In this document: piece after piece, positions 19,721 to 28,484 of the stretch
How the letters are laid out: each line of letters begins with the position of its first letter
Numbering within the stretch: the first letter of the stretch is position 1
From: an uncultured Holophagales bacterium
Lineage (GTDB): Bacteria > Acidobacteriota > Thermoanaerobaculia > Multivoradales > UBA5704
Length of the DNA stretch: 64,000 bases
Assembly (NCBI GenBank): GCA_963842525.1
Contig: CAWJGT010000024.1
Span: forward strand, 128,001-192,000
Reading direction: 5' to 3'
The notes under the pieces: model-generated
The model's database searches: none
What the model was told of the DNA's origin: nothing
Seen by the model: only the letters and a program-made list of their open reading frames with translations
Made by a program: the position numbers and the translations under genes

Positions 19721-20433
19721 GCGGCATCGCCGGGCGTCTCGCCGAGGTCGAGGCCCGCATCGCGGCGGCCTGCGAGCGGGCCGGCCGCTCGCCCGCGGAG
19801 GTCACGCTGGTCGGGGTCAGCAAGACCCACCCCGCCTCCGCGGTCGAAGAGGCCTGGCGCGCCGGCCTCAAGGTCCTGGGAGAGAACCGGGTCCAGGAGG
19901 CGGTCGCCAAGAGCCGCGAGCTGGGCCATCTCCAACCACCGCCGGAGTGGCATCTGATCGGCCCTCTCCAGTCGAACAAGGTCCGCCAGGCCCTCGAGCT
20001 GTTCCGCACCATCCACTCGATCGACCGTCCCAGGATCGCCGAGGCGCTGGACCGTGAGGCCGGTGCTCTCGGCCTCCGCGTCTCCGGCTTCCTGGAGGTC
20101 AACCTGGGGGAAGAGGGGAGCAAGCACGGCTTTTCACCCCGGAGGCTTACGGACGCGGTCCGCCCGTTCGCGCACCTGGAGCACCTGCGGATCGTCGGCC
20201 TCATGGCCATCCCGCCCGCCGCGGACGAGCCGGAAGCCTCGCGCCCCTGGTTCATCCGCCTCCGCGAGCTGCGCGACGAGCTCGCCGCCCGCCCCGAGTG
20301 GTCGGGTTTCCCCGGCTGGCTCTCGATGGGCATGAGCCACGACTACGAGGTGGCAATCGAGGAGGGGGCGACCCACGTGCGCGTGGGCACCGCGGTGTTT
20401 GGTGCACGCGGCGCACGCGACGCGCAGGGGTAA
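19717..20433 (+). CDS. yggS: PLP homeostasis protein YggS
   Basis: VSKTHP, GENRVQE, WHLIGPLQSNK, GLMAIP, LSMGMSHDYEVAIEEGATHVRVG; GTGA overlap. Confidence 0.93.
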   Translation: MSGIAGRLAEVEARIAAACERAGRSPAEVTLVGVSKTHPASAVEEAWRAGLKVLGENRVQEAVAKSRELGHLQPPPEWHLIGPLQSNKVRQALELFRTIHSIDRPRIAEALDREAGALGLRVSGFLEVNLGEEGSKHGFSPRRLTDAVRPFAHLEHLRIVGLMAIPPAADEPEASRPWFIRLRELRDELAARPEWSGFPGWLSMGMSHDYEVAIEEGATHVRVGTAVFGARGARDAQG

Positions 20434-20514
20434 TCAGGCGAGAGTCCTTTTTTTATGCTAAGATAGCTATCTATTTTGTCCAGAGAGTGATCCGAACGGC
20501 TTTTCGGAGGTCCC

Positions 20515-21015
20515 ATGGCGCTGACTCCCCTCGAGATCCAGAAGATGCGCTTCAGCCAGCGGATGAGGGGCTATGACGCGACCGAGGTCGAGAGCTTCCT
20601 CTCGCTGCTCGCCGAGGAGATGACGGCCCGTCTCGCCCATCTCGACAAGCTCGAACGGGAGAACCGCTATTACCGCCAGCGGCTGGAAGAGGGCGAGCAG
20701 CGGGAGCACCAGCTCCAGCAGACCCTGCTGCGGGCGCAGAAGGTGTCGGACGAGATCCTGGCCAATGCCCGCCGCGAAGCCGAGCTGACGGTCAAGGAGG
20801 CCGAGATGGCCGCCGACAAGATCGTGCAGCAGGCCATCGATCAGTCCACCCGCATCGAGGCGAGGATCTCCGAGCTGCGCGCCTCGCGCCGCGAGCTGCA
20901 GCTCAAGTTCAAGAACACCCTCGACCTCTTCCAGCACATCCTGGAAACGGAGATCGAGGACGAGCGGACCACGGCGACCGTCCTCACCCTCCCGCGCAAG
21001 CGGCGCGAGGCCTGA
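20515..21015 (+). CDS. DivIVA domain protein
   Basis: LTPLEIQKMRFSQRMRGYDATEVESFL followed by a coiled coil. Confidence 0.9.
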   Translation: MALTPLEIQKMRFSQRMRGYDATEVESFLSLLAEEMTARLAHLDKLERENRYYRQRLEEGEQREHQLQQTLLRAQKVSDEILANARREAELTVKEAEMAADKIVQQAIDQSTRIEARISELRASRRELQLKFKNTLDLFQHILETEIEDERTTATVLTLPRKRREA

Positions 21016-21020
21016 GGGTT

Positions 21021-21299
21021 TTGTCGGTTCCTCCCGGTGCGCGGCGGCTCTTCCCGCATCACGACGAGAGCGCCCTCGATCCCGGCACCTCTCTGCTGAC
21101 CGCCCGCCTGTTGGAGGACGGTGACGCCGCGGACCTCTCCTGGCTGACTGCCAACGTGCCCGAAGCCGACCTCGCGGGCTGGCTCGAACGGCACGGCGGC
21201 CGCCAGCTCTCCCGCCGCAGCCGGGCCTTCTGGGAGGTCGTGCTCGGGCGGAAGGCCGTGCCGCCGCCGGAGTCGAGGAGCCTGCTCTGGCCGCTCTGA
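21021..21299 (+). CDS. Small DUF6922-like protein, putative antitoxin partner
   Basis: RLLEDGD...WL...LSRRSRAFW pattern, directly upstream of an AbiEii-type gene. Confidence 0.6.
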   Translation: MSVPPGARRLFPHHDESALDPGTSLLTARLLEDGDAADLSWLTANVPEADLAGWLERHGGRQLSRRSRAFWEVVLGRKAVPPPESRSLLWPL

Positions 21300-21952
21300 C
21301 AATCCTTCACCCTGAAGCGCTGGCGCCGCGGGCCCAGGCCCTGATCGGCCGCATGGCGCCGGAGCCCTGGGCCGAAGATCTCTACCTGGCCGGCTCGGCC
21401 GCCCTCGCCCTCTATGTGGGCCACCGGCCGGTGCGGGACCTCGACCTGATGACCGCCACCAACCGGCTGACCCCGCCCGAGCGGCGCGACCTGCTCGGGC
21501 AGCTCCTGGAGCTCGACCCCGCCACGGAAGTCGAAACCGCCAGGGACGGCTACCTCTTTGCCCGTCTGGGCGGCGTGGGGGTGCGCTTCTTCTACTACCC
21601 CTATCCTCTGGTGGATGCTTTCGAAGACCTCTCCGGGCTCGCCGTGGCCTCGGCGGTCGACCTCGGCCTGATGAAGATCGCCGCGATCATCAGCCGGGGC
21701 ACGAAACGGGACTTTGTCGACCTGTACCTCCTGTGCCGCGAGCTGCCGCTGCAGAGCTTGCTGGACCGGGCGGACGACAAGTTCGGGCACGTCCGCGACT
21801 TCCCCCTCCAAGCCCTGAAGGGCCTCGCCGACCTTTCCGAGACCGAGGGAGAGCCCATGCCGCGCCTCGCCGCGCCGCTCGACTGGGAGGAGGTCGAGTC
21901 CTGGGTCCGGGCCGAAGTGCGCGAGCTGGGCCGGGCTCGGGTGGGGTTGTAG
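21296..21952 (+). CDS. AbiEii/AbiGii-family nucleotidyltransferase toxin
   Basis: YLAGSAALALYVGHR..RDLD, MKIAAI..RGTKRDFVDLY. The frame extends upstream of ATG 21353 (LHPEAL), so the start may be the CTG at 21296. Confidence 0.8.
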   Translation: MTILHPEALAPRAQALIGRMAPEPWAEDLYLAGSAALALYVGHRPVRDLDLMTATNRLTPPERRDLLGQLLELDPATEVETARDGYLFARLGGVGVRFFYYPYPLVDAFEDLSGLAVASAVDLGLMKIAAIISRGTKRDFVDLYLLCRELPLQSLLDRADDKFGHVRDFPLQALKGLADLSETEGEPMPRLAAPLDWEEVESWVRAEVRELGRARVGL

Positions 21953-21996
21953 GACCAGCCCCTGGCTCAGAGCGGATGAGGTTCGAGCGGACGGCC

Positions 21997-22077
21997 CTAC
22001 ACCGGCTCACAATCCGACTCGATCACATGCCCGATCGCTTTGATGACCTCGTCGACGTAGACCTCACCAGGCTCCAT
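21997..22077 (-). pseudogene. Internally deleted PemK/MazF-like toxin remnant (26 aa)
   Basis: MEPGEVY-VDEVIKAIGHVIESDCEPV*, i.e. MazF-like N-terminus joined to C-terminus; TGATG coupled to the upstream gene. Confidence 0.6.
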
Positions 22078-22295
22078 CAAGAGGCCTCGTCCAGACGTCG
22101 TCCCGCATTTCGGAGACCAACCGCCCGAATCGCCCTTTGCCGCCTTTCATCCTCTACGATCTCGCGGACAGCTTCATACTCGGTCAGGGGGACCAGAACA
22201 TACGCTGCATTGGTCCGGGGATCCACCACCTGCGGAGGCCCGTCGTCCGGCGAATCAAGAGCGCGCTGCTGCTGTGCGGTCAAGCGAATAGCCAT
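22077..22295 (-). CDS. Small putative antitoxin
   Basis: 72 aa, VVDPRTNAAYVLVP..EYE motif; translationally coupled to the toxin remnant. Confidence 0.65.
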   Translation of the reverse strand: MAIRLTAQQQRALDSPDDGPPQVVDPRTNAAYVLVPLTEYEAVREIVEDERRQRAIRAVGLRNAGRRLDEAS

Positions 22296-22404
22296 GGCAC
22301 ATTATCCCTCAACAACCCCTGTCTGACGACCTGCCAGCCCGCCGCCGTCGTCCCTCCGCTGTCCAGACCTTTCCAGGACAGGCCGTGAGGTAGACTTCCC
22401 CCGC

Positions 22405-23655
22405 ATGCTCCTCATCCACAACCTCGCCGAGGTGGCAACTGCCGAAGGCTCCGAGCCACGGCGCGGCGCCGATCAGGGCCGGATCCGGCGCCTGGCGGGG
22501 GCGGAGGTGCTCTGCCGGGCGGGCCGGATCGCCTTTGTTGGGTCACCGGAGGAGCGGCGGCGGCTCTTTGGTGAGCTGCCGGATGCGGAGCGGCTCGACG
22601 GGCGCGGCGGCACTCTCGTCCCGGGCTTCGTCGACGCCCATACCCACCTGCCGTGGGCCGGCAGCCGCGAGGACGAGTTCGCGATGCGCCTGGCCGGCCG
22701 GACCTACCAGGAGATTGCCGAGGCCGGCGGCGGCATCCTCTCCACGGTGGCGGCCACCCGCCAGGCCAGCGAAGAGGAGCTCGCCGCCCTCGCCCGGCGC
22801 CGGATGGACCAGATGCTCGCCTGGGGAACCACGACCGCTGAGGCCAAGAGCGGCTACGGGCTCTCGCTGGAGAGCGAGCTCAAACAGCTCCGCGCCATTC
22901 GCCGCGCCTCGGAGGACCATCCGGTCGACCTGGTGCCGACCCTGCTCGCTGCGCACGAGGTCCCTCCGGAGCACCGGAAGAAGCGCCGGCGGTACATCGA
23001 CCTGATCTGTGACCAGATCGTGCCAGCCGTGGCGGAGCAGGGCCTGGCGCGCTTCTGCGACGTCTTCTGCGAGCAGGGGGTGTTCAGCGCCGAGGAGTCG
23101 CGCAAGGTCCTGGAAGCGGGTGCCCGCCACGGCTTGGCGCCGCGGCTCCATGCCGATGAGTTCGCCGACTCGGGAGGGGCCGAGCTGGCCGCCGAGCTGG
23201 GCGCTCTCTCGGCCGACCACCTGATGGCGGTCTCGCCCGCCGGCATCGAGGCGCTCGCACGCTCCCAGGTGACCGCGGTGCTCCTTCCCGGCACCAGCTT
23301 CTTCCTCCGCCTGCATCGCTGGGCGCCGGCGCGGCGGCTGATCGAGGCCGGCGTGCCCGTGGCGCTGGCGACCGACTGCAACCCGGGCTCCTCCTACACC
23401 GAGTCGATGCCCATGGTCTTCGTCCTGGCCGTCTTCGAGCTGGGGCTGACGATCGAAGAGAGCCTCACGGCGGCCACCCTGAACGCGGCCTGCTCGCTGG
23501 GTCTGGGTGCCGAGATCGGCTCCGTCGAACCCGGCAAACGCGCCGATCTGGTCCTGCTCGACGCTCCCAATCTCCTCCATCTGGCCTACCACTACGGGAT
23601 CAACCCGGTGGCGGCAGTCGTCAAGGAAGGACGCGTCGTCCGCCGGATGGCGTAG
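22405..23655 (+). CDS. hutI: Imidazolonepropionase
   Basis: PGFVDAHTHL, GGGILSTV, EAKSGYGL, DVFCE, HADE, ATDCNPGSS. Confidence 0.95.
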   Translation: MLLIHNLAEVATAEGSEPRRGADQGRIRRLAGAEVLCRAGRIAFVGSPEERRRLFGELPDAERLDGRGGTLVPGFVDAHTHLPWAGSREDEFAMRLAGRTYQEIAEAGGGILSTVAATRQASEEELAALARRRMDQMLAWGTTTAEAKSGYGLSLESELKQLRAIRRASEDHPVDLVPTLLAAHEVPPEHRKKRRRYIDLICDQIVPAVAEQGLARFCDVFCEQGVFSAEESRKVLEAGARHGLAPRLHADEFADSGGAELAAELGALSADHLMAVSPAGIEALARSQVTAVLLPGTSFFLRLHRWAPARRLIEAGVPVALATDCNPGSSYTESMPMVFVLAVFELGLTIEESLTAATLNAACSLGLGAEIGSVEPGKRADLVLLDAPNLLHLAYHYGINPVAAVVKEGRVVRRMA

Positions 23656-23668
23656 ACTGGTCATCCCA

Positions 23669-24115
23669 ATGCACCCCAGGCGGCTGTACCCCACGTTGAT
23701 CATGACTCTGCTCGCCGGAGCAACGGCGGCCGTCCTCCAGGCTGCCCCGGAGAAAACCCCGGTCGTCGTGGTCACCCCCTCGGGCCTGCGCTACGTGGAT
23801 CTCAAGCTGGGGGAGGGGGAGGAGGCCATTGAGGGCAAGATCCTCGAAATCGACTACACCGGCTGGCTCAAGGAGGGTGGGAGCAAGTTCGACTCCACCC
23901 AGGACAGCAAGCGCCCCCTCACCCTCCGCCTCGGCGCCGGCGACGTCATCAAGGGTCTGGACGAAGGGCTCACCGGGATGAAAGTGGGCGGAAAACGCAA
24001 GCTGATCGTCCCGCCCGAGCTGGGCTTCGGAAAAGAGGGAGGCGGTGGGGTGATCCCCCCCAACGCCATCCTCCTCTACGAGGTCGAGCTGCTCGCCGTG
24101 CGGGATCCGGGGTGA
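23669..24115 (+). CDS. FKBP-type peptidyl-prolyl isomerase, secreted
   Basis: SGLRYVD, YTGWL..KFDS, VIKGLDEGL.GMKVGGKRKLIVPPELG, IPPNA.L.YEVELL. Confidence 0.92.
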   Translation: MHPRRLYPTLIMTLLAGATAAVLQAAPEKTPVVVVTPSGLRYVDLKLGEGEEAIEGKILEIDYTGWLKEGGSKFDSTQDSKRPLTLRLGAGDVIKGLDEGLTGMKVGGKRKLIVPPELGFGKEGGGGVIPPNAILLYEVELLAVRDPG

Positions 24116-24118
24116 GGA

Positions 24119-24302
24119 TCAGGCGCAGACCGCCTCTTCCTCGACCAGCTCCTCTTCACCTGTCACTGCCGGTTCCTCCGCTGGCTGCTCGCGCCGGCTC
24201 TCCGTCTTCGCGCTGGTGATCAGGGCCACGCCCGTGACGATCACCGCGGCGGCCCCCAGGGACCGTCCCCAGGGCGAGCCAGACCTTCCACTTCTCAGTC
24301 AA
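24119..24302 (-). CDS. Small single-TM protein (~60 aa, one-base frameshift near 24260)
   Basis: SD AGGAGGT before TTG. Removing one C gives MTEKWKVWLALGTVLGAAAVIVTGVALITSAKTESRREQPAEEPAVTGEEELVEEEAVCA*. Confidence 0.5.
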
Positions 24303-24396
24303 GGGACACCTCCTCTGCCACGTCTTCTCACCCCGCGCTGCTCCAGCTTGCGGATCCGCTCCAGCAGAGAGCGGGTCCGGAGCGGGCCCTACGGCC

Positions 24397-24434
24397 GGGA
24401 CGGCGGCGCCCTTGGGCCTGGCCGCCGCCGTCCC
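24397..24434. terminator. GC-rich hairpin downstream of argR
   Basis: 12-bp stem GGGACGGCGGCG/CGCCGCCGTCCC; no clear U-tract. Confidence 0.35.
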
Positions 24435-24468
24435 CATTCTGTTGTCAAAGAACGCCTTCCGGCGGCGC

Positions 24469-24921
24469 TCACGTCTTGACGATCCTCCGGAGCCGCTGGA
24501 GCAGGAGCCGGGTGTCGTAGACGTTGTCCGTGGCGACGAAGAGCGTGTCGTCCTCGGCGAGGACTCCCCTCACCTCGGGCCAGGCGGCACTCTTGAGAGC
24601 CACTGCCACGGCCTTGGCCATCCCCGCAGTCGTGTCGAACACCATCATGTACGGCCCGGCGCTGCGCACCCGCCGGATGAACTCTTCCATCTTCCCGATC
24701 GCGCCTTCGTTCCCCTTCGGGTTGGGCGGCCGGTAGACGCCCTCGCGGCGCACGACCCCGAGGGCTTTCAGATCGCGGCTGACACTCGACTGCGTCACCT
24801 TGAAACCCATCTTGCGCAGAGCGCGCCCGAGGTCAATCTGGCGTCGGATCGGGCGGTCCGCCAGGATCTCGAGGATCGCCTTGCGGCGGTGGTCCTGAAA
24901 CTCACGGTCGATCGGCATCAC
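24469..24921 (-). CDS. argR: Arginine repressor
   Basis: RRKAILEIL..Q.DL..AL...GFKVTQSSVSRDLKALG HTH; GVLAEDDTLFV. Confidence 0.88.
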   Translation of the reverse strand: MMPIDREFQDHRRKAILEILADRPIRRQIDLGRALRKMGFKVTQSSVSRDLKALGVVRREGVYRPPNPKGNEGAIGKMEEFIRRVRSAGPYMMVFDTTAGMAKAVAVALKSAAWPEVRGVLAEDDTLFVATDNVYDTRLLLQRLRRIVKT

Positions 24922-25156
24922 GTGCCTCCTTCAATATGCTGCATCCTACCAGGGCTGTAAGAAACTGTCCATCTGGCCCTTGACAACCGGATGCACCCCA
25001 TGGATTCTATGCGCACCGAGCTGTCGGGGGACACCCTCCCTGGCGCCAATTCCGGCGCCTGGAGGTCAGGGGCCGGAAAGGCTCCAGCAAAGGAGACGGA
25101 GCATGCCGCACGAGACGCGGGGGGGCGGGCGCCAGGAACGCACGGCCGAGCCGCCG

Positions 25157-25450
25157 CTGCTCGGCCTCCAGCCGCTGCCGCACGGCCTCCAGCCGCAGCC
25201 GCACGGCCTCCAGCCGCAGCCGCACGACCCCGCGCCGCAGCCGCACGACCTCCAGCCGCAGGCGCCCGACCCCGCGCCGCTGCCGCACGACCTCCAGCCG
25301 CCGCCGCACGACCCCGCGCCGCTGCCGCACGACCTCCAGCCGCAGCCGCACGACCCCGTGTGGCAGCCGCACGAGCCCGTGCGGCTCGCGCACGACCGTG
25401 TGTGGCAGCCGCACGACCCCGTGCGGCAGCGGCACGACCGTGTGCCGGTT
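25157..25450. repeat. Tandem 21-bp repeat (~14 units, consensus CCGCACGACCTCCAGCCGCAG)
   Basis: Read directly from the sequence; partly alternating 42-bp higher-order structure. Confidence 0.9.
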
Positions 25451-25596
25451 CCGCAGGCCGAGTAAGTTGGATTTCATGGGGGAGTGTGCGTTGCGCACGT
25501 CCCCCTGTTCTTTGACAACCGAAGTACTACCTTCCAAGCCAGGGATGGGCCTTGGCCGGAGGCCTGTCCCTCCCACCTGTCTGCTCCCCAGCCGCG

Positions 25597-25782
25597 CTAC
25601 ACCAGATAAGCGAAGGCTTTGCCTGCCAGCGCTGCCGAATTGGCCAATGCAGAGACGTTCTCGCCGATTTCCTGCGGCTCGGCGTCATTCACCTTGAATT
25701 CGGCCCACTCGGTTTCGTGTGGCAGCTTGCACAGCTCCCGTACCAAGCTGACCAGATACTCGGCGGGGCGGTCGGTGGTCAC
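25597..25782 (-). pseudogene. 5' fragment of a Schlafen/AlbA_2-domain ATP-binding regulator
   Basis: LVRELCKLPHETEWAEFKVN..EPQEIGENVSALANSAALAGKAFAYLV*, stopping where WG is expected; GTGA-coupled to the ABC gene. Confidence 0.75.
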
Positions 25783-27620
25783 GGAGCCGACCCCGCCACC
25801 GCCTCTTCCACATCCCCCGACTGGATGTGCCACAGATCGGCGTAGGTGCCGCCGCGGGCGACGAGGTCGTCGTGGGTTCCCTCTTCGACCACGCCGCCGT
25901 CGCGCAGGACCAGGATGCGGTCGGCGTGGCGGATGGTCGAGAGGCGGTGGGCGATGATGAGGGCGGTGCGGCCGGCGGTCAGAGTGCGGAGGTTCTGCTG
26001 GATGGCGCGCTCGGTCTCGGTGTCCACCGAGCTGGTGGCTTCGTCCAGGATCAGGATCGGCGCGTCCTTGAGGATGGCCCGGGCGATCGAGAGGCGCTGG
26101 CGCTGGCCGCCGGAGAGCTGGATGCCTCTTTCGCCGATCTGGGTGTCGTACCCCTGGGGCAGCGAGGCCACGAAGTCGTGGAGCTGGGCGAGCTCGGCCG
26201 CCCGCACCACCTCCTCGATCGGCACGTCGCCGGTGCGGTAGGCGATGTTCTCGCGGATCGTGCCGTGGAAGAGATAGACGTCCTGGCTCACCAGGGCGAT
26301 GTTGCGCCGCAGGTCTTGCAGGGACAGGCTGCGCAGGTCGATGCCGTCGAGCAGCACCGCGCCGGAGGTCGGGTCGTAGAAGCGCAGGAGCAGCTTGATC
26401 AACGTCGACTTGCCCGCTCCCGTCGGTCCGGCGATGCCGATCGTCTCCCCGGGGGCGATGCGAAAGCTGATCCCCTGGAGCACCGGCTCGTGGCTGCGCC
26501 CGCGGGCATAGCGGAATTCCACGTCGTCGAAGGCGATCTCGCCCTGCGCCCGCTGCAGCGGTGTCGGGTGCGGCGGGTCCTGGATCGAGGCCGGCGTGCC
26601 CAGCAGGCCGAAGATCCGCCGCGCGCTCGCCCGGGCCCGCTCGAAATCGTCGAGCGTGGTGCCCAGCCGGGTGAGCGGCCAGAGCAGGCGCTCGGTCATC
26701 ATGGCGAAGAGGACCAGCTCGCCCGCGGTGATGATCCCGCGACCCTCCAGGACCCAGTAGCTCCCGACCAGCAGCACACCGGCAAAGCCGCCCACGATAG
26801 CCATGCGGATCACCGGGATGTAGAGTGCCGACAGGCGGATCGCGTCGTAGTTGGCCTGCCGGTAGGCGTCCGACACCTGGCGGACCCGCTCGGTCTCGAA
26901 GTCTTCGGCGGTGAAGCTCTTGATGACGTGGATGCCGGAGATGTTGTTCTCCAGCCGGCTCGCCAGCCCCCCGACGCCCTCGCGCACCTTGCGGTACCGC
27001 GGCGCGATCTTCCGCTGGTAATAGAAGCCGCTCCACAGGATGACGGGGATCGGCGCCATGCCCACCAGAGAGAGCTGCCACGAGATGGGCACCATGACCG
27101 AGACCGCGAAGATGACCAGGATGGCGACCTGGAGCAACTCGTTGAAGCCGGTGTTCAGGAACCGCTCGAGCTGGTTCACGTCGTCGTTGAGCATGGCCAG
27201 GATCTCGCCCAGCCGGTGCTCCTCGAAGAAGGCGATCTCCCGCGACTGGATGCGGTTGTAGGTGTCGATCCGCAGGTCGTGCTGAACGGTCTGGGCGAGG
27301 CGCATGAAGCCGAGCTGGTAGAGCCACTGGAAGAAGCTCTCGAAGAAGAAGATGCCGACCGAGAGCCCGGCCAGCACCATGGCCATGCTCCAGGGGTCCG
27401 AGGTCCCGGCGAGCGAAGCGATCCAGCGCGGCGGCGCGCCGCGGAGCGAATCGACCACCCAGCCCACCAGGAGCGGCGGCATCAGGTCGAGGATCTTGTT
27501 GGCGACGCTCGACCCGCTGGCGAACAGGAGCTGTCCTCGATAGGACATCAGGTAGCGGAACAGGCTCCGCATCGGGCGCTCGGCCTCGGGCAGGCGGGAC
27601 AGGGCGGCGGGCTGGCTCAT
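25779..27620 (-). CDS. ABC transporter, fused permease/ATP-binding (MsbA/MdlB-like)
   Basis: TM domain; Walker A GPTGAGKST; LSGGQRQR; ILILDEATS. Confidence 0.93.
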   Translation of the reverse strand: MSQPAALSRLPEAERPMRSLFRYLMSYRGQLLFASGSSVANKILDLMPPLLVGWVVDSLRGAPPRWIASLAGTSDPWSMAMVLAGLSVGIFFFESFFQWLYQLGFMRLAQTVQHDLRIDTYNRIQSREIAFFEEHRLGEILAMLNDDVNQLERFLNTGFNELLQVAILVIFAVSVMVPISWQLSLVGMAPIPVILWSGFYYQRKIAPRYRKVREGVGGLASRLENNISGIHVIKSFTAEDFETERVRQVSDAYRQANYDAIRLSALYIPVIRMAIVGGFAGVLLVGSYWVLEGRGIITAGELVLFAMMTERLLWPLTRLGTTLDDFERARASARRIFGLLGTPASIQDPPHPTPLQRAQGEIAFDDVEFRYARGRSHEPVLQGISFRIAPGETIGIAGPTGAGKSTLIKLLLRFYDPTSGAVLLDGIDLRSLSLQDLRRNIALVSQDVYLFHGTIRENIAYRTGDVPIEEVVRAAELAQLHDFVASLPQGYDTQIGERGIQLSGGQRQRLSIARAILKDAPILILDEATSSVDTETERAIQQNLRTLTAGRTALIIAHRLSTIRHADRILVLRDGGVVEEGTHDDLVARGGTYADLWHIQSGDVEEAVAGSAP

Positions 27621-27636
27621 CAGCGAAATGGCGTGT

Positions 27637-28182
27637 CTAGCTGCCCGTCTTCCCCGCCAGTTTCGCGTTGAACGCCGCCGACTCGCCGCGCGGGACGGAG
27701 AGGGTCTGCCAGCCCTCGTCCGCGAGGACTTTGCAGAGGAAGACGATCTGGCCGACGTGGTAGGCGACGTGGGTGAGGGAGCGGTCGAGGGCCCGGACGA
27801 CGGTGTGGGGCTCGGAGCGGATCGCCACGGTCTTCGCCAGGTCCTCTTCGGTCAGGGTCGCGAGAGTGCCGAAGAGGCAGCTCCAGCCCTCCTCCCAGCG
27901 CGCCAGGAGGTCCGCGCGGGTCGTCGCCTCGGCGACCTCGAACTCACTGTCCCGGTCGCGGTCGGGCTTCTCGCCGTCGGTGGTCAGGAAGTCGGTCCAG
28001 CGGGAGCGGAGGTTGCCTCCCACGTGCTGGAGCAGGACGGCCAGGCTGTTGGACTCCCGGCCGAGGTTTTCGAAGAGGTCTTCGTCGGGCACCTGGGCCA
28101 GGGCCCGGTCGGCCAGCTTCTTGAGGTCGCGGAACTGGGCGTCGACGTCCTTCAGATAGAGGGCCGCAGGCGAGTCGCTCAT
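27637..28182 (-). CDS. DinB-superfamily DUF1572 protein
   Basis: SNSLAVLLQHVGGNLRSRWTDFLTTDGEKPDRDRDSEF, HVAYHVGQIV. Confidence 0.85.
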   Translation of the reverse strand: MSDSPAALYLKDVDAQFRDLKKLADRALAQVPDEDLFENLGRESNSLAVLLQHVGGNLRSRWTDFLTTDGEKPDRDRDSEFEVAEATTRADLLARWEEGWSCLFGTLATLTEEDLAKTVAIRSEPHTVVRALDRSLTHVAYHVGQIVFLCKVLADEGWQTLSVPRGESAAFNAKLAGKTGS

Positions 28183-28484
28183 GCTGGCGAGGCTAGCACG
28201 CGCGGGGCGCCCGCGCACCGGGGAGTGCGATGCGCGCGGCGCCCCGCGCCGGCGGCTTCCGTCTGCCGGCGCCTTGCGGAGCCGGCAGCCCTTGCGACGG
28301 AAGCCTGGATCTCGAGGCGGCGTTCTCTGGGGGTAGACGGTAGCGCACCTGCGCGGAGCGCGCTGTGAAGCGCTGCACAGAGAGGGTGCGAGCTGCTCCA
28401 CAAGCGGGCCGGGAGCCGGAAAGAGCTATACTTTGTGCCGTTAGAACAAAGGGAAAGTCAGGATCAGATGGAATCTCAGGCATC

